Shown one piece after another: positions 59,434 to 64,000 of a stretch of 64,000 nucleotides of DNA (positions are counted from its first letter, which is position 1; the number at the start of each line of letters is the position of its first letter). The notes under the pieces are model-generated. The model worked only from the letters and a program-made list of their open reading frames with translations, was not told the DNA's origin and did not search any database. The translations under genes were made by a program, and so were the position numbers. Source of the DNA: Antedon mediterranea (lineage: Eukaryota > Animalia > Echinodermata). The DNA lies in contig NC_092673.1 in the NCBI RefSeq assembly GCF_964355755.1, forward strand, positions 35,027,648 through 35,091,647. The letters run 5' to 3'.

Positions 59434-62400
59434 AACAATCATTTTTGGCTTGGTTACACATTTTGAAAATGTGGCGAAAGGTCAAAAGGTCAGGGTGAAA
59501 GGTCATAAGACCAAACACCAATATGTCCTTAAATCTCAACAACTACTGGTCACAGCGAAGTAATTTTGGTCTCAAATTGATCAGAAGGTATACATTTATA
59601 TTCAGTCTATTGGGACATTTTAGTCAAAAATGACCGGAAATGCCATTTCTGACCTTTGACCCACACCTCAGGGCATGTATGTATCTCCGTAACTACTGAT
59701 CGTAGACACTTAAATTTGGTCTTAAATTGTTTGAAATAAATATTTATTAGTTATAGCACATTTTTAAAAATGTTACAAAAGGTCAAAGGGTCAAGGTCAG
59801 AGGTTATATGAACAAATAAAAATAGATACTTGTATCTCGGCAACCATTCGTCGCAGCAAGTCAATTTTAGTCTCAAAATGTTCAGAAGGCATGCTTTCAT
59901 ATTCAATCTAATGGGACATTTTAGTCAAAAATTATCAGAAATGCCATTTCTGACCTTTGACCCACATATCATGGCATCTTCATATCTCTGTAAGTACTGG
60001 TCGTAGAAACTTAAATTTGGTATCAAATTGTTCGAAATATACATATTTACATTCATTTTAATAGAAAATGTGGTTAAAAGATGAACAGAAATACTATTAC
60101 TAATGTTTCAAACAAAAAACATATCTCTACATAACTTATCCTTAGACAGTAATGTTATGCAATAACTGATACTTTAAATTGTTTCAATTTCAAGTACTAG
60201 TTATTGCTGACCCCAAGAACATTGATAGAAACGTCAAGCTCAACAGTTCTTTTCAGAATGCTAGAAGTAACTTGCCATGTGTATCCGATTAAACTCCCCG
60301 GGCATTTATTGTTCAAAGGGGTTTTTAGGGGCAGGGGAGGCATCTTTATTTGTGGTATAATATGGTAATATGTATAATCAAATAAATACCACCTAGATGT
60401 AAAAAAAAATACAGCACAATTAATATCAAAAAGTGAAAAAAATGCTTGGTAAATTGTAGATTATGGTAGTTAATGTAATGTGTTGTGATACAATTATTGT
60501 GTAAATGCATGTGGCGGGCGTATTCCACATGGTGTTCTATTAGAGGGAATGGTGGCGTTTATTTGAGAGAGGCTTTTATTCAAAGCGGGTGTTAATTCGA
60601 ATAAATACTCTAATTTTAATAATTATAATTCGTTTCTCAACTGATAAAAGGTACTTTACATGTTTCTGTCTTTTAGAATAAAAGTGACACTGTCATAGAT
60701 AACATTAAATGGATCTTCTCTTCCAGGTGCCAGTATAATGATATAAAACAATGACACATCATTATCCTGACACAATTGCACTCATAATGGATCTTCATTC
60801 TATCATCTGTTTGTTTGTGACTACAATTTGACAACAATCTTTTGCATATTTTTAAATGCCAATACATAGCTTCATTACTATTGTACAATATGTCCAGCTT
60901 TCCTGAAAACACCCTTGTGTACTGTAGTACAGTGTTGTAGTATGATTTTATCATGATAACTTCTGATGCTTTTATTGGCAGTACCTAAAACATGTCAAAG
61001 TTTCTAGTGGTATTGATAATAAATCTCCAGAAACATATATTGTTTTATTATCTACACTGGGAACAGACGTGTATAATATACACCGACAAAACTTATACAT
61101 ATTATAAGTTTTGTCGGTAACATTCAAAAATATTATGCAACAGTGTTACGGAATATTGACAATGAATTGGTCTATTATAGTTGTCTGTGATACCTTTTAT
61201 TACATGATTGTACTTGCAACAGGATAGAATGAGGTTTAATCCAGTTATTATTCTTATTATATTAATTTTTTTTTTTATCTGGGGTGTATTTATTTGATTA
61301 TACATGTTACCATTATTACACCCAAACAAAATAAACGCCTTCCCTGAATAACTAAATGCCCGGACCTTTTATTCGGGTAACTATAGTAAGTTACTTCTAG
61401 CATTCTTAACTGTTGAGCTCGAGTATTTATTCGAATTAACACCCGCTTTGAATAAAAGCCTCCATTCCCTCCAATAGAACATCATGTGGAATAAACGCTC
61501 CGCCACATGCATTTACAAAATAATTGTATTACAACACATTTCATTAATTACCATAATCTACAATTTACCAAGCATTTTGACATAATGTTATCATTTTTTT
61601 ATATTAATTGTGCTGTATTTTTTTACATCTAGGTGGTATTTATTTGATTATACATGTTACCATATTATACCCCAAATAAAGATGCCTCCCCTCCCCCTAA
61701 AAACCCTTTTGAACAATAAATGCCCGGGGCGTTTAATCGGATACACATGGCAAGTTACTTCTAGCATTCTGAAAAGAACTGTTGAGCTTGACGTTTATAT
61801 CAAAATGTTCTCGTGGACAGCAATAACTAGTAGGCGTACTTGAAATTGAAACAATTTAAAGTATCATATTGCATAACATTACTGTCTAAGGATAAGTTGT
61901 GTAGAGATATGTTTTTTGTTTGAAACATTAGTAATAGTATTTTCTGTTCATCTTTTAACCACATTTTCTATTACAATGAATGTAAATATGTATATTTCAA
62001 ACAATTTGATACCAAATTTAAGTTTCTACGACCAGTACTTACAGAGATATGAAGATGCCCTGGTATGTGGGTCAAAGGTCAGAAATGGCATTTCTGATCA
62101 TTTTACACTAAAATGCCCCATTAGACGGAATATAAATGCATGCCTTCTGAACATTTTGAGACCAAAATTGACTTGCTGCGACCAGTGGTTGCCGAGATAC
62201 AAGTACCTTTATTTATTTGTTTATATAACCCTTGACCCTGACCCTTTGACGTTTTGTAACATTTTTCAAAATGTTTTTCATATAACAAAATATATATTTC
62301 AAACAATTTAAAACCAAATTCAAGTGTCTACGACCAGTAGTTACGGAGATAAATACATGCCCTGGGTTGTGGGTCAAAGGTCAGAAATGGCATTTCCGGT

Positions 62401-62599
62401 CATTTTAAACTAAAATATCCCATTAGACTGAATATAAATGTATACCTTCTGATCAATTTGAGACCAAAATTACTTCGCTGTGACCAGTGGTTGTTCAGAT
62501 TTAAGGACATATTGGTGTTTGGTCTTATGACCTTTCACCCTGACCTTTTGACCTTTCGCCACATTTTCAAAATGTGTAACCAAGCCAAAAATGATTGTT
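59434..62599. mobile_element. Large inverted repeat/foldback element: ~1.18-kb arms (59434-60610, 61421-62599) and ~0.8-kb spacer
   Basis: AACAATCATTTTTGGCTTGGTTACACATTTTGAAAATGTGGCGAAAGG is inverted at 62552-62599. The inner ends CAAAGCGGGTGTTAATTCGAATAAATACTC / GAGTATTTATTCGAATTAACACCCGCTTTG match. The arms contain ~300-bp subrepeats. Confidence 0.9.
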
Positions 62600-62964
62600 G
62601 TTTTATATAACATCTAAATAACAAACAAAAATGTTTCAAAAAGTACTATTTAACGATCGTTGAATAGTGCGTACTATTGCACGCCATGTGACCCACATTC
62701 GTCCAATCAAATGACAGGAATTTATATAGGTGTTTTATAATATCATATATTATATTGCTTATTATAATATCACACTGAAAAGGGCAAATTGTTAAGAAGG
62801 TTAAAGATGTATTGTCCCCTGAAAAAATAATTCTTAAACATTTTTTTTTAATAGGCAATATAAATGTCCATTTAAACATAATAGTTATCCACTTTGACCA
62901 AATTGGATCGGGGAAAAAAAATGTATTTACCTAAAAAACTGTAATTTAAACAGAGTTTATTAAC

Positions 62965-63985
62965 ATAGAACCATTGTTGCTTTTCAACCTTTAGTGGGAC
63001 CACCTCCATGTATTACAACAAATTGTTTCTGTATTGTTGTTGTGTAAAGTACGAAAACAAAAGAACGAACTAATTCAGAGAATTCTACAGCTGACCAGCT
63101 GAAATTAAGTTGTTGTTTGTTAAGACATGTTGAGAAACGTTGCCATGAAGAAGGGCAGAAATATTATATAATACGTAATATATACGTTTGAAATCGTTGT
63201 CCTTGCTCCAATTGAAGCAGGGCAGAAATATTATAGATACGTTGAAAATCGTTGCCCTTTCTCCTATTGAAGCAAGGCAGAAATATTATAGATACGTTGA
63301 AAATCGTTGCCCTTGCTCCTATTGAAGCATGCCAGATATATTATAGATACATTGGAAATCGTTGCCCTTTCTCCTATTGAAGCAAGGCAGAAATATTATA
63401 GATACGTTGAAAATCGTTGCCCTTGCTCCTATTGAAGCAGGGCAGAAATATTATAGATACGTTGAAAATCGTCGCCCTTGCTCCTATTGAAGCAGGGCAG
63501 AAATATTATAGATATGTTGAAAATCATTGCCATTGCTCCTATTGAAGCAGGGCAGAAATATTATAGACATGTTGAAAATCATTGCCCTTGCTCCTATTGA
63601 AGCAGGGCAGAAATATTATAGATACGTTGGAAATCCTTGCCCTTGCTCCTATTGATGCAGGGCAGAAATATTATAGATACGTTGGAAATCCTTGCCCTTG
63701 CTCCTATTGATGCAGGGCAGAAATATTATAGATACGTTGACAATCGTAGTCCTTGCTCCTATTGAAGCAGGGCAGAAATATTACAGATACGTTAGAAATC
63801 ATTGCCCTTGTTCGCAGAACGGAGCAGAAATATCACTTTGCATTACCTTACCAGAGTATAATCTCTCCGAGTAGGCTGCATAGCTGATTGATACGTTGAA
63901 AACCGTTGCCCTCGTGGTTCATTCACGGGGCAGAAATACAGAATACAAAGGAATCAGTCCTGCATTTATTATAATTTATGTATTT
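62965..63985 (+). repeat. Dispersed element carrying an expanded 55-bp tandem array (~12 copies, 63181-63810)
   Basis: GATACGTTGAAAATCGTTGCCCTTGCTCCTATTGAAGCAGGGCAGAAATATTATA starts at 63236, 63291, 63346 ... 63786. The flanks are homologous to 7945-8305. Confidence 0.93.
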
Positions 63986-64000
63986 GTATATAATATGTTA

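Noticed and set aside
60673-60954. 93-aa ORF in the spacer of the large inverted repeat as a transposase or cargo gene
   Set aside because: No recognisable motif and no convincing splice context.

Overview
AT-rich, intron-containing eukaryotic DNA, most likely a marine invertebrate deuterostome such as an echinoderm (inference from gene content; not provable here). Four host genes lie on the + strand. (1) A spliced NLR (3..7756, 5' end outside the window): death-fold/DED-like N-terminus, NACHT, nine ~119-aa LRR super-repeats, acidic decapeptide stalk and a C-terminal hydrophobic tail. (2) The last two exons of mitoribosomal MRPS18C (17032..17960). Its upstream exons were not found, so the NLR may be nested in one of its introns. 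(3) A 19-exon receptor guanylyl cyclase (20216..41023) whose exon-2 splice acceptor is tandemly amplified 20 times and whose stop-codon region is amplified into the 3' UTR. (4) A small three-exon gene (54231..55810) that encodes only a paralog of the NLR N-terminal domain. The rest is mostly mobile and repetitive DNA: a Copia LTR element with an in-frame RT/RNase H deletion, several LINE remnants, a hAT derivative, three large foldback inverted-repeat elements, many MITEs and minisatellites. No rRNA, tRNA or CRISPR array is supported. Splice models were built by eye from GT/AG sites and phase consistency, and no database search was run.
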